From Blastocladiella emersonii ATCC 22665 (taxonomy: Eukaryota > Fungi > Blastocladiomycota): 64,000 bases of DNA. Shown here one piece after another: positions 46,590 through 57,832 of the stretch. How positions within the stretch are numbered: the first letter of the stretch is position 1; the number at the start of each line of letters is the position of its first letter. The notes beneath the pieces are model-generated. The model was not told where the DNA came from. It did no database searches and was given only the letters and a program-made list of their open reading frames with translations. The position numbers were made by a program, and so were the translations under genes. The DNA lies in NCBI GenBank assembly GCA_025594325.1, contig JANHCV010000001.1, forward strand, positions 2,666,001-2,730,000, read 5' to 3'.

Positions 46590-49028
46590 ATGTCCGTCGT
46601 TGGTATTGATTTCGGTAACCTGCAGACGTGCATTGCCGTCGCCCGCAACCGCGGCATCGACATCATCTGCAATGAGGTGTCGAACCGCTTCACCCCGTAC
46701 GCTCTCGCCGCCGCCGTCCGAGCGCCGATCCGGTCCGCCCGCTGACCTTGCTCCACGCACGTCACGTCTAGCTCGCTCGTCGGCTTCGGCCCCAAGTCGC
46801 GCCACCTCGGCGAGGGCGCCGCGACGCTGCACGTGTCGAACCTGAAGAACACGGTCAGCTCGCTCAAGCGCCTGGTCGGCCGCCCCGCGACGGACGCGAC
46901 GCTCGCCAAGGAGCGCGAGTACACGACGGCCAACATGGTCGCGTCGGACCCGTCCGTGTCGCCGTCGGGCGAGATCGGCGTGCAGGTGCAGTACCTCGGC
47001 GAGGAGCGCACCTTCTCGGCGACCCAGTGCGCCGCCATGTACCTCGGCAAGATCAAGCAGATCACCGAGCACGAGCTCAAGGCGCCCGTCTCGGACGTGG
47101 TCGTGTCGGTCCCCGTGTGGTTCTCGCCCGCCCAGCGCCAGGCCATGATCGAGTCGTGCGAGATTGCCGGCCTCAACCCGCTGCGCATCATCAACGACAC
47201 CACCGCCGCGGCCCTCGCCTACGGCATCACCAAGACGGACCTGCCCGAGGAGACCCCGCGCAAGGTCGTCTTCGTCGACGTCGGCCACTCGTCGACCTCG
47301 ATCGCCGCCGTCGCCTTCGTCAAGGGCAAGCTGCAGGTCAAGGCCACCACCGCCGACCCCTTCCTCGGCGGCCGCGACCTCGACCAGCTCCTCGTCAACC
47401 ACTTTGTGGCCGAGTTCAAGGAGAAGTACAAGTTCGACCTCGCCCAGCACCCCAAGCCCCTCTTCCGCCTGCGCGCCGCCATCGACAAGCTCAAGAAGGT
47501 GCTGTCGTCCAACTCGCAGGCCCCGCTCAACATCGAGGCGCTGTTCGAGGACCGCGACGTGTCGTCCATGATCACCCGCGACGAGTTCGAGAAGTACGCC
47601 GAGCCCTTCACCTCGCGCATCGCGCCCATGATCCGCAACGTGCTCGACCAGGCCGGCTGGACCAAGGAGGAGGTGTTCTGCGTCGAGACGGTGGGCGGAA
47701 CCACCCGCGTCCCCGCGATCCGCGAGGCCATCACCAAGTACTTTGAGCGCGACCTGCTCTCGTTCACCATCAACCAGGACGAGGCCGTGGCCCGCGGGTG
47801 CGCCCTCATGTGCGCCATCATCTCGCCCGCGTTCCGCGTGCGCGAGTTTGAGATCAAGGACGTGTCGGCGTACAACGCGACCGTGTCGTGGATGCAGCAC
47901 GCCGAGTCGGGCGCCGGCGACGAGGCCAAGCAGCTCACCGTGTTCGAGAAGGGCGCCGTGGTGCCCGCGACCAAGGTGCTGACCTTCTACCGCAAGCCCG
48001 AGCAGCCGTTCGAGTTCGAGGCCAACCTCGACGCCAAGGCGACGCCGCCCGCGACGCAGGGCGCCACCTTCCTCGGCCGCCACACCATCACCAAGGTGCC
48101 CGTCGGGTCGACCGAGAACCCCGAGGAGCTCACCACGCTCAAGGTGCGCGTGCGCATGAACCCCAACCACATGGTGTCGGTCGAGTCGGCCCACGCCCTG
48201 GTCGAGGACAACACCCCCGAGGAGCCCGCGGCCGAGGGCGACGCGCCCGCCGCGTCCGAGGAGCCGCCCAAGAAGAAGCACAAGAAGGTCGAGGTGACCG
48301 TGGTGTCGTCGGAGCCCGGCCTCGCCAAGTCGGTGGTGCAGGACCTCAAGGAGGTGGAGAACTCGATGGCGTCGTCGGACCGCCTGGTGTTCGACACGGA
48401 GGTGGCCAAGAACGCGCTCGAGGAGTACATCTACGACGCGCGCGACAAGAAGGACTACCAGTGGGCCGAGTTCCTGTCCGAGTCGGACAAGGAGACGCTG
48501 GGCAACCTGCTCAACGCGGCCGAGGACTGGCTGTACTCTGACGAGGGCGAGGACGCGGCCAAGTCCGTGTACCAGGCCAAGCTCGGCGAGCTCAAGGCGA
48601 TCGGGCAGCCGGCGCACGAGCGGTACCGCGAGGCCGAGGAGCGCCCGCGCGCGCAGCAGGCCTTCTTCGACCTGGTCAACAAGTTTCTGGCCATGGCGGA
48701 GAACCCCGAGTTCGCGTGGCTCCCGGCTGCGGACCTCCAGCAGGTCAAGGACAAGCTGACGGCCAAGAAGGAGTGGGCCATGAACCTGGTCAAGAAGCAG
48801 GCGCAGCAGCCCAAGCACGCCGAGCTCCTCATCACGGCGGCGCAGCTGCAGCGCGAGAAGGACGAGGCCGAGCGCATCGCCGTGGTCGTGTTCAACCGCC
48901 CCAAGCCCGCGCCCAAGGTCGAGGAGCCCGCGGCCCCCGCCGAGGGCGAGGCTGCCGCCGCCGCCCCCGAGGCCGAGAAGAAGGCCGAGGAGCCCGCCAA
49001 GGAGGAGGACGCCATGAACGTCGACTAA
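46590..49028 (+). CDS. SSE1: Hsp110 (Sse1/HSPA4) nucleotide-exchange chaperone
   Basis: Motifs MSVVGIDFG...[55 protein letters not shown] and KNALEEYIYDAR. Intron 46697-46771. Confidence 0.96.
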
Positions 49029-49125
49029 GCCAGCTCGCCGCTAATCCCACTTGTACCCCTGAGACCCTTTTCTTAGCTCAATGAACACAGTTTGTTTTTG
49101 TTTTGCTCATCATCGATCGGCTCGG

Positions 49126-49821
49126 CTAGCGGTCCACGTCCATGGACGCCGAGTCCTCGTCGTCCTCGTCCTGGTCGCCGTCGTCGGCCTGAGTCGCGTC
49201 GTCGTCGACGGCGAGATCGGATCGTGGTGGTGGTGGCGGGAGCAGCGAGAGCCGTGCGTCCAGGTCCATGCGGTCGTCGGCTCTGCTGAAGCCTACGGCG
49301 GGCGTCGAGGGGACGGTCGCATCGGGGTCCGCGTCCGTGTCGTCCGAGTCGTTGCCGTCCATGGCCGTCGAGCCCTGCTGCGTGAAGCTCTCGTCCGCAT
49401 CCTCTTCATCGTCGTCGTCGTCGGCCTCGCCGTCCAGATCTCCATCTTCATCGTCGTCGTCCTCGTCCGAGCCAGCGGCGAGCTCGGGGCGCACGTCGAC
49501 CAGGACGCCGAGGATCGCACTACCTTACGGCGCGAGTCAGGTCCAGCAGGGCCGCGGCGGCGACCGCAAGGCAACGCACCGAATGTCCATCTGCAGCTCG
49601 CGCAGCTCGGCCTCGGCGCCGGCAATGTCGGTGTCGAGCTCGACGTGCTTCTCCTGGGCGCGCGAGTATTGAGCCTGCAGGCCGGCGTAGGCGGCGCGCA
49701 GGTACGGGCGGTCGGGGACGAGCCCGCTGGCCGCCGACGCCGCGTCGAACGCGACCGCACTCGCTGCTGGTGGCGCCGGCGCAGAGACAGAGACGGGGGA
49801 TGAAGGCGCGGTCGAGTCCAT
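49126..49821 (-). CDS. Small coiled-coil plus acidic protein, possibly INO80 subunit Iec3/INO80F-like
   Basis: Two exons (intron ~49520-49579). AYAGLQAQYSRAQEKHVELDTDIAGAEAELRELQMDIRAILGVLV resembles the Iec3 heptad pattern; D/E-rich tail. The family call is weak. Confidence 0.4.
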
Positions 49822-50383
49822 GAGCTACGTGGTGCGGTCGGCGCGGTGCGCGTTGGGCGGGCGCGTTGAAAGCGAGGGGAGGGAGAGGAGAGGAGCGGCG
49901 GCAGCCAGGGCGGCGGCAACGCGCGACGGCGGCGGCGGCGCCCGGCTCTCTCCACCTCCTCCTCCTCCCCCCCTCTCGCGATTGATTCATCAATAGGGCA
50001 CCACAGCGTGCCAAGCGACGAAGCTTCTCTCTACGCAACGCGACCAACCCATCGAGCCCGGCGCTCCTCCACCACCGCGGTCCCCGTTCTCGCACCGCCA
50101 CCAACCTCCACCTCGACGGCGAGGGCTCCAGCAGCCCGCCCCTGCCCTTGCCGCCATCTTGCGGGCCCCTGTCCCCCGCCCGCCCATCAGCATCCGTGTG
50201 CTGCGGCACGCCGCGCCGCCGTCTCCCACGCCCACGGCCGCCACCATCGCCGCGGCCATCGCGCGACCAGCATCTGGTGCTCGCGATCATCAAGCGTGAG
50301 TCTCCGGTGCGCCCGCCTGCTTCGCGGCTGCCTGCCTCCGTTTGCGCGACTGACACCCGGCAGTCTTCCCTCTAGCCACCTCC

Positions 50384-53275
50384 ATGGCGACTCTGTCCGT
50401 CTCCTCGGCGGCCACCGCAGCAAACGGCCGCCCCGCCTTCTCGTCCACGGGCCTGCTCCCGGAGCCGCCCGCAAGCATGGCGTCGCTGCGCAGCAGCACC
50501 GGCAGCGGTGGCGGCTCGACGCCCGCGCTGTCGCCCGCGGCCGCGCCGGGGTCCTCGCGCGCGACGCCCGGCAGCAGCGCGACGAGTCTCGGGACCGGCA
50601 GCGGCGCGAGCCTGACGTCGACGCCGTCCGCGTCGCTGCTGCCGACCGACCGCCTCGACAGCTACCCGAGCCGGTCCGGGTCGCCCGCACCCGGGAACGG
50701 GAGTGTCGGCGCGGACTCGGGCGTCGGGTCGACGTCGTCGGGCACCCGCACGCCGTCGTTCCCGCACAAGCGGCGGCTGTCGGCGACCAAGGACACGTTT
50801 GCGCCCGTGCGCGAGTCCAAGGTCATCGACATGGCCGAGAGCGACAGCGGCACCACCCGCATCAACCAGTACGTCTTCACCAAGTTCCTCGGCAAGGGCG
50901 CCTACGGCACCGTGTACCAGGCCACCGACGAGCGTACCGGCAAGGAGGTGTCCATCAAGGAGCTGTCCAAGTCCAAGATCCGCAAGGCCCAGTGGGCCAT
51001 CAACTCGCGCAACCGCATGGCCGCCATGCGCGCCGGCATGCGCGGCGGGATGCGCGGTGGGATGCGGGGCGGCATGCGCGGCGGCGGGTCCAGCGGCGGC
51101 TCGAGTGGTAGTGGCGGGAGCCGCGGGTCGTCGCAGGACGCCGTCAAGTCGGACGAGGACATTATCCAGCGCGAGGTGGCCATCCTCAAGAAGCTGCAGC
51201 ACCCGCACTGCGTCAAGCTCATCGAGTTCCTCGACGTCGAGGACGGCGACCAGGTGTACATGGTCTTCGAGCTGTGCCAGGGCGGCGCCATCATGGCCCT
51301 CGACGACCACGGCCGCTCCGTGCACGAGCCCTTCTCGGCCGACCGCGCCCGCGACTACTTCCAGCAGATGGTCCTCGGGTTCGAGTACCTGCACGCCCAC
51401 CACATCATCCACCGCGACATCAAGCCCGACAACCTGCTGCTCTCGGCCGACAACGAGCTCAAGATCGTCGATTTCGGCGTGTCCGAGATGTTCGAGTCGC
51501 ACGACTCGGTCTCGCAGACGGCCGGCTCGCCCGCCTTCCTCGCCCCGGAGCTGTGCTGCATGAGCTCGGCCGTCACGGCGGGCAGCGACGGCGCCCCGCC
51601 GTCCAAGCTGTCGGGCCGCGCCACCGACGTGTGGTCCATGGGCGTGACGCTGTACTGCATGGTGTTCGGCCAGCTGCCCTTCAACGGGCCGAGCGTCGTC
51701 GACCTGTACAACGCCATCTGCAACGAGCCGCCCAACTGGACGCTGCCCGCAACCGCCGGCAAGGGTCTGTCTGCGCCCGGCGGGCCCGCGACCGCGCTCG
51801 ACCCGGACCTGCACGACCTCCTGTCGCGCATGCTCGACAAGAACCCGGCGACACGCATCACGCTCGACGAGGTCCGCAGCCACGCGTGGGTCACGGACCA
51901 CGACGACTTTATCCTGCCGACCAAGGCCGAGAACGTGGCCGTCGTCATCACGGCCGACCAGCTCACGCCCGCCGACCTCGCCTCCGCCATCGTCAAGGTC
52001 AACCCGACCTGGGCCGTCATCCGGTTCGTCTCCAACCTCAAGCGCCGCGCCTCGCAGTCGTCCGCGTCGCAGGCCTCGTCGCGCCGATCGTCCATGGTCT
52101 CGGATTCGGGCGCCGGCCTCGCCGGGAGCGGGATCAGCATGGCGGCGGCAGCTGCCGCCGCAGTCCGCGCCGTCGCCGCGCGCCAGGCCGCGGCCGCAGC
52201 CGCCGGCGGCAGCGTCGGGTCCGCGACCTCGATCGACTCGTCCGCGACAACCTCGACGCCGGACCTGACCCCGCCGGCCGAGGAAAAGGCCAGCGACGAC
52301 TCGCTCATCGGCGACTCGCAGGCCCAGGTCCTGATCGTGCCACCCATCGCGTCCAAGCTCCCCGACCCCGCCGAGCTGCAGACCCCCTACCCGCCCGACC
52401 AGCCGTACCTCGGCACCGCGTCCGTCCAGGTCATGTCGCCGCAACAGGTCGCCATGCCGTCCCCGCCCCTCGCTGCGTCTGCGCCGCCGCTCACGCTCCC
52501 GCCCGCGGCTGTGCAGGAAACGCCGGCGGCACCGGCACCGCACGCGCGGGTCATGTTCGACTCCCCGCCGTCGTCGCCGGTCCTGGTCGCGGCGGCTGCG
52601 CCGGGGACTGGGCTCGTCGCCTCGCCCGAACGCGTGGTCACCGCCTCGCCGACGGCGGGACCCGAGCGCGTCATGTTTGACTCGCCGCCGTCCTCGCCGC
52701 AGCAGCGCGTCATGGTTGAGTCGCCCTCGTCCTCGCCACAGCGGGCCGTGGTCGAGTCCCCCTCGTCCTCGCCGCCCTCCTCGCCCGTGCGCGATGTCGC
52801 TGCGGCGCTGAGTTTGAGCCCACCACCGCCCGCCGCGCGCCCCGTCTCACCCGCCGCCGTCACTCGCCCCGCGGGCTCCGCGCCCGTCCTCGCCGCGACG
52901 CGGACCGGCGTCGCCGCGAGCCTGACGTCCGTCGACGGCGACCACGCGTGGCAGTCGCAGCCGCAGCTTTCGGGCACGGCCACCACGCCGGCCGCTGTTC
53001 CCGTCCCCGCGCCGTCCGCGTCCGTCCCGACCCCCGCCCCGGTGGCGGCGCGGCACTCGGTCCCGCGCCTGACCCCGCCGACCTCGTCGTCGCTTGCGCC
53101 GTCGCCTGCCGCGTCGTCGGCGTCCGTCGCGCTCCCGCCTCCGCCGCCGCCCAAACAGCACCACGGGTTCTTTGCTAAGCTGTCGGCCAAGCTGTCGGGC
53201 AAGTTGCTCGGGAAGCCGCTCCCGCCGTTGCCCAAGACGGGGGGCGGGGGTGGGAGTAGTAGCGGGAAGAAATAG
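50384..53275 (+). CDS. CaMKK/Ssp1/Sak1-family Ser/Thr kinase
   Basis: Motifs INQYVFTKFLGKGAYGTV, IKELSK, REVAILKKLQHP, HRDIKPDNLLL, DFGVS, AGSPAFLAPE and DVWSMGVTLYCMVFGQLPF; long S/P/A-rich tail. Probable 5'-UTR intron 50296-50363. Confidence 0.92.
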   Translation: MATLSVSSAATAANGRPAFSSTGLLPEPPASMASLRSSTGSGGGSTPALSPAAAPGSSRATPGSSATSLGTGSGASLTSTPSASLLPTDRLDSYPSRSGSPAPGNGSVGADSGVGSTSSGTRTPSFPHKRRLSATKDTFAPVRESKVIDMAESDSGTTRINQYVFTKFLGKGAYGTVYQATDERTGKEVSIKELSKSKIRKAQWAINSRNRMAAMRAGMRGGMRGGMRGGMRGGGSSGGSSGSGGSRGSSQDAVKSDEDIIQREVAILKKLQHPHCVKLIEFLDVEDGDQVYMVFELCQGGAIMALDDHGRSVHEPFSADRARDYFQQMVLGFEYLHAHHIIHRDIKPDNLLLSADNELKIVDFGVSEMFESHDSVSQTAGSPAFLAPELCCMSSAVTAGSDGAPPSKLSGRATDVWSMGVTLYCMVFGQLPFNGPSVVDLYNAICNEPPNWTLPATAGKGLSAPGGPATALDPDLHDLLSRMLDKNPATRITLDEVRSHAWVTDHDDFILPTKAENVAVVITADQLTPADLASAIVKVNPTWAVIRFVSNLKRRASQSSASQASSRRSSMVSDSGAGLAGSGISMAAAAAAAVRAVAARQAAAAAAGGSVGSATSIDSSATTSTPDLTPPAEEKASDDSLIGDSQAQVLIVPPIASKLPDPAELQTPYPPDQPYLGTASVQVMSPQQVAMPSPPLAASAPPLTLPPAAVQETPAAPAPHARVMFDSPPSSPVLVAAAAPGTGLVASPERVVTASPTAGPERVMFDSPPSSPQQRVMVESPSSSPQRAVVESPSSSPPSSPVRDVAAALSLSPPPPAARPVSPAAVTRPAGSAPVLAATRTGVAASLTSVDGDHAWQSQPQLSGTATTPAAVPVPAPSASVPTPAPVAARHSVPRLTPPTSSSLAPSPAASSASVALPPPPPPKQHHGFFAKLSAKLSGKLLGKPLPPLPKTGGGGGSSSGKK

Positions 53276-53541
53276 GGCGTGGGCGGTCGCACAGAGTATT
53301 TTATAGTCCCTTCTGTATAATAGAGCCTGCCTTCGTGCTGGCCTTCGTGTAACTCCTCCCGTGTCTTGCGAAGTTCGCCGCGGCCCGCGTCGCGGCCACC
53401 AAGAGAACGACCACGGCCGCCCTGGCGCCGACCTTCGAAGCCGCTCCTCTCACGTCGGCCATGGCCACGGTCACCACCAAGAATGAAGAAAACCGATCTC
53501 GATCCGAATAAATTAACCATGCTCACCACTCTCCTCCCGTG

Positions 53542-55497
53542 CTAGATCCGGTCGCACGTGTACGTCCCGCCGAAACACCGCTCGCAGATGACGTGCCCAT
53601 CGTCGACCACGTTCTCGGCGGGGACGAACCAGCACGCCGTGCACCGGACGCCGTGGCGGCGGAACAGGTCGGCGCACACCTCGCACAGCGACGTCGCGCT
53701 CGTACTCCCGCCGGCACTGTGCGCGCGCGGGGATGTTGGCGCGGACCTGGACGATGCGCCGGCGCCGCCGGGCGTCGATGCGCGGGACGACCGCCCGCCG
53801 CCGCCATGTGCCCCGTCGTGCATGCCCGCGGCGACGACGGCCGCGCTGGCGGCAGCGCTCGCGACGGCAGCGGCGCGGCGGCGCGTCGACGAGCGCGCCG
53901 TGGACGTGGTGGCCGGCGGGCGGACGGCCGACAGGAACGGGTTCTGGCACGAGTCGCACGTCGCGGTCCACATGGGCTTGCTGGTGGTGGTGTCGTCGCT
54001 GGCAGTCGGCGGGCTGGCGAGGGCGAGGGCGGCGACTGCGCTGGACGATGCGGGCGACCGGCGCGGGGACGTCGGCGCCGAGGCGGCGGGCGTCGGGTGC
54101 GCGTATTTCCGACGCTTCTTGGCGCGCTTCGCGGCGGCGGCGGCGGCCTTGGCGTCGTCGGCGTTGGGCGAAAAGTAGGCCGAAGCGGCAGTGGCGGTGG
54201 TCGACGCGGCGGATGCGGCGGGCCAGAAGCCGTCGGGGCTGCTGGGGCCCGACTCGTTGGCGTCAGCGGCGTCCTCGTCCTCGGCAACCTCGTCGACGGA
54301 CGAGAGCGACGACGCGGCCGAGAGCGCCGACGAGGCCGAGGTCGGGCGCGCGGCAGCGACGCCGTGGCCCGCCGGCGGCGGGGCGGGCATGGTACCGACG
54401 GACCCGGGTGCGCCGAGGGCCGGGGTAATGGTGGCGCCGCCCTGCGGGGTGAGCGGGGGCGTGGCGAGGAGGGACAGCGGGGAGGCGGCCTTGGCAAGGG
54501 CGACGACGAGGGCCGAGGGCGCAGCGGCTGACGCGGAAGTCGGGGGCGGGGTGACCTGGGCCGGGGCGGGCACGGGCTCGATGGTCTCGGACAGGCGACG
54601 CGTCAGGGTGACGGGGGCCGTCGCATCAGCGGCGGAGGAGAAGCACGGGTCGGCGATCATGAGCTCGGCAGCGGTCGGCTTGGGCAGGCGGATGCGGCGG
54701 AGGACCGGGTTGGCGGCGATGCGCTCCGACTCGGGCGAGATGGCCATCACGTCCTCCTGGTCGCTCGCGTCCTCGTCCTCGTCGTCCTCGTCCTCATCGT
54801 CGTCGCTCGAGTCGGCCTTGCGCTTCTTCTCGGCAACCGCGGTCTCTGCCGCCGCATTGACGGCGCCGGCGCCGGCGGGCCGCTTGAGCTGCTGCTGGTA
54901 CAGCTTCCGGTGCTCGAGAGCCTTGGACAGGACCCAGTGGCGGGCGATCGATACGAGGAGCTCGCGGCCGGCCTCGGATCCAGCGGAGCCCTGCGCAGCA
55001 GCTGCAGCAGCGGCGGCAGCAATCGCCGTGGACGTGGATGTCGCCGAGGGCGGGCGGCCGCGGCGCCGTGGGACTTTGGGCGCCGCGGCGGTAGCGGCGG
55101 CGGGCGCGCTGTTCTCTTCATCTCCACCTTCAGCAGCAGGGGGTTCCGCGTCGCTCGCGGGGGCGGCAGCGGCCGGGGTCCCCGTCGCGTTGGGCGCGTC
55201 GTCGTCATCATCATCGTCGTTATCAGCCTCGTTCCCGCCGCTCGCGCAGCCAGCGGTCCGCGCCGATGCAGACGCCGCGGCGGCGCCGGGCGGGAGCCAC
55301 GGGTCGAGGGTGAAGGTGAGTCCGGGCGACGCGGCGACGGCCGACGCGGACCGCGGGTGGCGGGTCTTGCGCGCGCGGCGCGGCGGTGGTGCGGATGGCG
55401 CGGGTTTGGAGGAGACGGCAGCGGCGACGCCGAGGGCAGGGCCGGGCACCTGGCCGGCGGCGTAGCTGAGCGTCGATGGCATGGGGGTCGAGTACAT
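53542..55497 (-). CDS. Low-complexity protein with a C-terminal Ash1-like/atypical GATA multi-Cys module
   Basis: CDSC...(long insert)...LCEVCADLFRRHGVRCTACWFVP...ICERC. Start placed at MYSTPMPS (uncertain). Confidence 0.55.
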   Translation of the reverse strand: MYSTPMPSTLSYAAGQVPGPALGVAAAVSSKPAPSAPPPRRARKTRHPRSASAVAASPGLTFTLDPWLPPGAAAASASARTAGCASGGNEADNDDDDDDDAPNATGTPAAAAPASDAEPPAAEGGDEENSAPAAATAAAPKVPRRRGRPPSATSTSTAIAAAAAAAAAQGSAGSEAGRELLVSIARHWVLSKALEHRKLYQQQLKRPAGAGAVNAAAETAVAEKKRKADSSDDDEDEDDEDEDASDQEDVMAISPESERIAANPVLRRIRLPKPTAAELMIADPCFSSAADATAPVTLTRRLSETIEPVPAPAQVTPPPTSASAAAPSALVVALAKAASPLSLLATPPLTPQGGATITPALGAPGSVGTMPAPPPAGHGVAAARPTSASSALSAASSLSSVDEVAEDEDAADANESGPSSPDGFWPAASAASTTATAASAYFSPNADDAKAAAAAAKRAKKRRKYAHPTPAASAPTSPRRSPASSSAVAALALASPPTASDDTTTSKPMWTATCDSCQNPFLSAVRPPATTSTARSSTRRRAAAVASAAASAAVVAAGMHDGAHGGGGRSSRASTPGGAGASSRSAPTSPRAHSAGGSTSATSLCEVCADLFRRHGVRCTACWFVPAENVVDDGHVICERCFGGTYTCDRI

Positions 55498-55940
55498 GGC
55501 GCGCGTCGTCGTCCGCAGCAGCAGGCGGCCGGGAGAGCGGACGAGCGGGCGGGCGGGCGGACAGCGTGTGTGCGCGGGGCGAGTGCGGGCAGTGCGCGGT
55601 GCGTTGGGCGGCGGGACGGCGTTGCCGGAGGCATCAGCGTCGGCAGCGGTGACGAGGATGGGGGCCTCGGCCGAGCCGCGGAGGAGGGGCAGCGTTGGGA
55701 ATGGAGCGGCCACGTGCCGCGAACACGCAACGCTTGCCCGCGCGCATCTGTGCGTCGTCGTCCATCATCATCACATAAACCAGCAACTGGTCGCATTGGC
55801 ATCTCCGCGCGCGAATACGCGGGCCTCGTGTGCTGGCATGGGTCCTTATGCTGCGGCCCGCACCTTACGCGCGCGTGTCTCGATGGGAGAGAGAGAGGAC
55901 GCAAACAGCGGGCACCGCGACCATTTTATTCACCCCCACC

Positions 55941-57587
55941 CTATGCGAGCGCCACACTCGTCCCGTCCGCGACATTGTAGTAGGTCAGGAACTTGGCGTC
56001 GTCGGCGAGCTCCTCGACGCGGCCCGTGTCGGGGTCGGTGACGCGCAGCTTGAGCTTGCGCGGCGGGACGCGGAAGGCGCGCGCGACCACCGCCTTGAAC
56101 GCGAGCACCGTCGTCGACGCCAGCGCCACCGCAAACTCCTTGCTGCTGGCGCCGCCGTTGCGCACCACGGTCACGCGCGCCGCGGAAATCTTCTCCGTCT
56201 CGGGCGGCGCCGCCCACGGCAGCTCGTACCCGCGCCGCACGAGGTCGGCCGCGGGAGCGAACTCGGCGCGGACCGCGGGCGGCATCGCCGCGAGGAGCGC
56301 GTCGGCGGTCGTGTCGGTGGGCAGCGCGGTGCTGGTGGCCGCGAGGATCGCGTCGGCGGCGAGCTTGAGGAAGTAGAGCTCGGCGCCCTCGCGCTCCTTG
56401 GGCAGGATCTGCGACTGGTTGAGCCGCTGGAGGCCAGGCAGCCGCGCGATGGCGTGCACGCGCGCGAGGTCGTTGCTGCCCGACGTGCCCGTCGCGCCCT
56501 CGTACACGGGGTTGCGCGCGAGGCGAAGGTCCGCCAGCGCCGTCCACCGCGCGAGGCAGTCGACGGCGCGCCACGCCGCGAGCGCGTTGTGGTTGAGCCA
56601 CAGCACCTCGACTTGCGGCAGCACCGGGTCGGAGCCCGAAATCTCGGCGATCCCGTTCCACTGCAGGTTGAGGTGCCGCAGCCCCGCCAGCGGGACGAGC
56701 GGCGCGAGCGCGGCCATCGTGAGCGCGTTGTTCTGCACGTTGAGGTGCGCGAGCCCCGCGGCGCGCGCCGGGTCGAGTTTGGGGAGCTCGGTCAGGTCGT
56801 TGAACCCAATGTGCAGCTCCTCGAGCCCCGTAAAGTGGTGCAGCACGCGCGCGTACATCGCAGCGCTCGGGTACCGCGTCAGGTTGAGCGTGAGCAGCCG
56901 CACGTTCGCAAACGCGCCGCCGCCGAGCACCGCCTCGTCGTCCGCGGGGGACTCGGGCAGCGCGAGCCGCGTGCGGTTGAGGTGCAGCGACTGCAGCGTC
57001 GGCAGCGCGCCGCACAGCACCGCCATCTCGGCCCACGTCGCGAACAGCGTGCCCGACAGGTCCATGATGGCGACGCGCGCGAGCGACTCGGACAGCGTTC
57101 CCGGGAGCTCGGGCAGGCGGCCGACGGGCGCGCTGGCGAGGTTGACTTCGACGAGCTTGTCCACGGTCTGCTTCAGCGCCACCTTGTTGAACCCGACGAG
57201 CTCGACGTCGATGCCCGTGAACCCGAGCTTGGCGCGCGTCACGTCCACGGCGCCGCCGACCGACGCGTTGAGGGTCGGGTCGACCGTGTACTTTGTGCGG
57301 ATCGCCGACAGCATGTCGCCGGCCTCGGTGATCTTGCTCGCGACGGGCCGGATGAACGACCCGCTCGTGGCCGTGGTCGCGGCAAAGTAGCGCGTGCCCT
57401 TGAGCGACCCGTCGTGCTTGCCCTCGCCGTCGTCCCAGTCGACGCCGTACCACACGCCCGCGGTCCCCGCCACGCCGCCCGCGTACTTGATGGTCGCCGG
57501 GCGGCCCGTAACGAGCACACGCCGCGGGACGCGCGCGTCAAAGCCGTCTACTGCTGCATCTGCGGTGCTGCTGGTCATGGTTTGCAT
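55941..57587 (-). CDS. TBCE: Tubulin-folding cofactor E (CAP-Gly, LRR, UBL)
   Basis: CAP-Gly ATIKYAG...GVWYGVDWDDGEGKHDGS..GTRYF; multiple LRRs (LQSLHLNRT, LEELHIGFN, LRHLNLQWN, LADLRLARNP); UBL-like C-terminus. Confidence 0.92.
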   Translation of the reverse strand: MQTMTSSTADAAVDGFDARVPRRVLVTGRPATIKYAGGVAGTAGVWYGVDWDDGEGKHDGSLKGTRYFAATTATSGSFIRPVASKITEAGDMLSAIRTKYTVDPTLNASVGGAVDVTRAKLGFTGIDVELVGFNKVALKQTVDKLVEVNLASAPVGRLPELPGTLSESLARVAIMDLSGTLFATWAEMAVLCGALPTLQSLHLNRTRLALPESPADDEAVLGGGAFANVRLLTLNLTRYPSAAMYARVLHHFTGLEELHIGFNDLTELPKLDPARAAGLAHLNVQNNALTMAALAPLVPLAGLRHLNLQWNGIAEISGSDPVLPQVEVLWLNHNALAAWRAVDCLARWTALADLRLARNPVYEGATGTSGSNDLARVHAIARLPGLQRLNQSQILPKEREGAELYFLKLAADAILAATSTALPTDTTADALLAAMPPAVRAEFAPAADLVRRGYELPWAAPPETEKISAARVTVVRNGGASSKEFAVALASTTVLAFKAVVARAFRVPPRKLKLRVTDPDTGRVEELADDAKFLTYYNVADGTSVALA

Positions 57588-57832
57588 CGTGTTGCGTGTG
57601 CCGATCCTTGCAGCGTGCGCCCACGCGGGAGAGCAAGGGGGGCGGGAGACGTCGGTGCGCGTCGGTCTTCTCGAGTGGCGGCCGCTCACGCTGTGGCGCG
57701 CCCCACCGCTCCTGCTCCCGCTCGCTCTCCTCTCTCCCCGCCATCGACTCCCCGCCCGAATTCGGTGCACTGCCCGGCCTCCCGATACCCCCGCACTTGC
57801 TGCAACGCACCGGCGCACGCACGGCGGAAACC

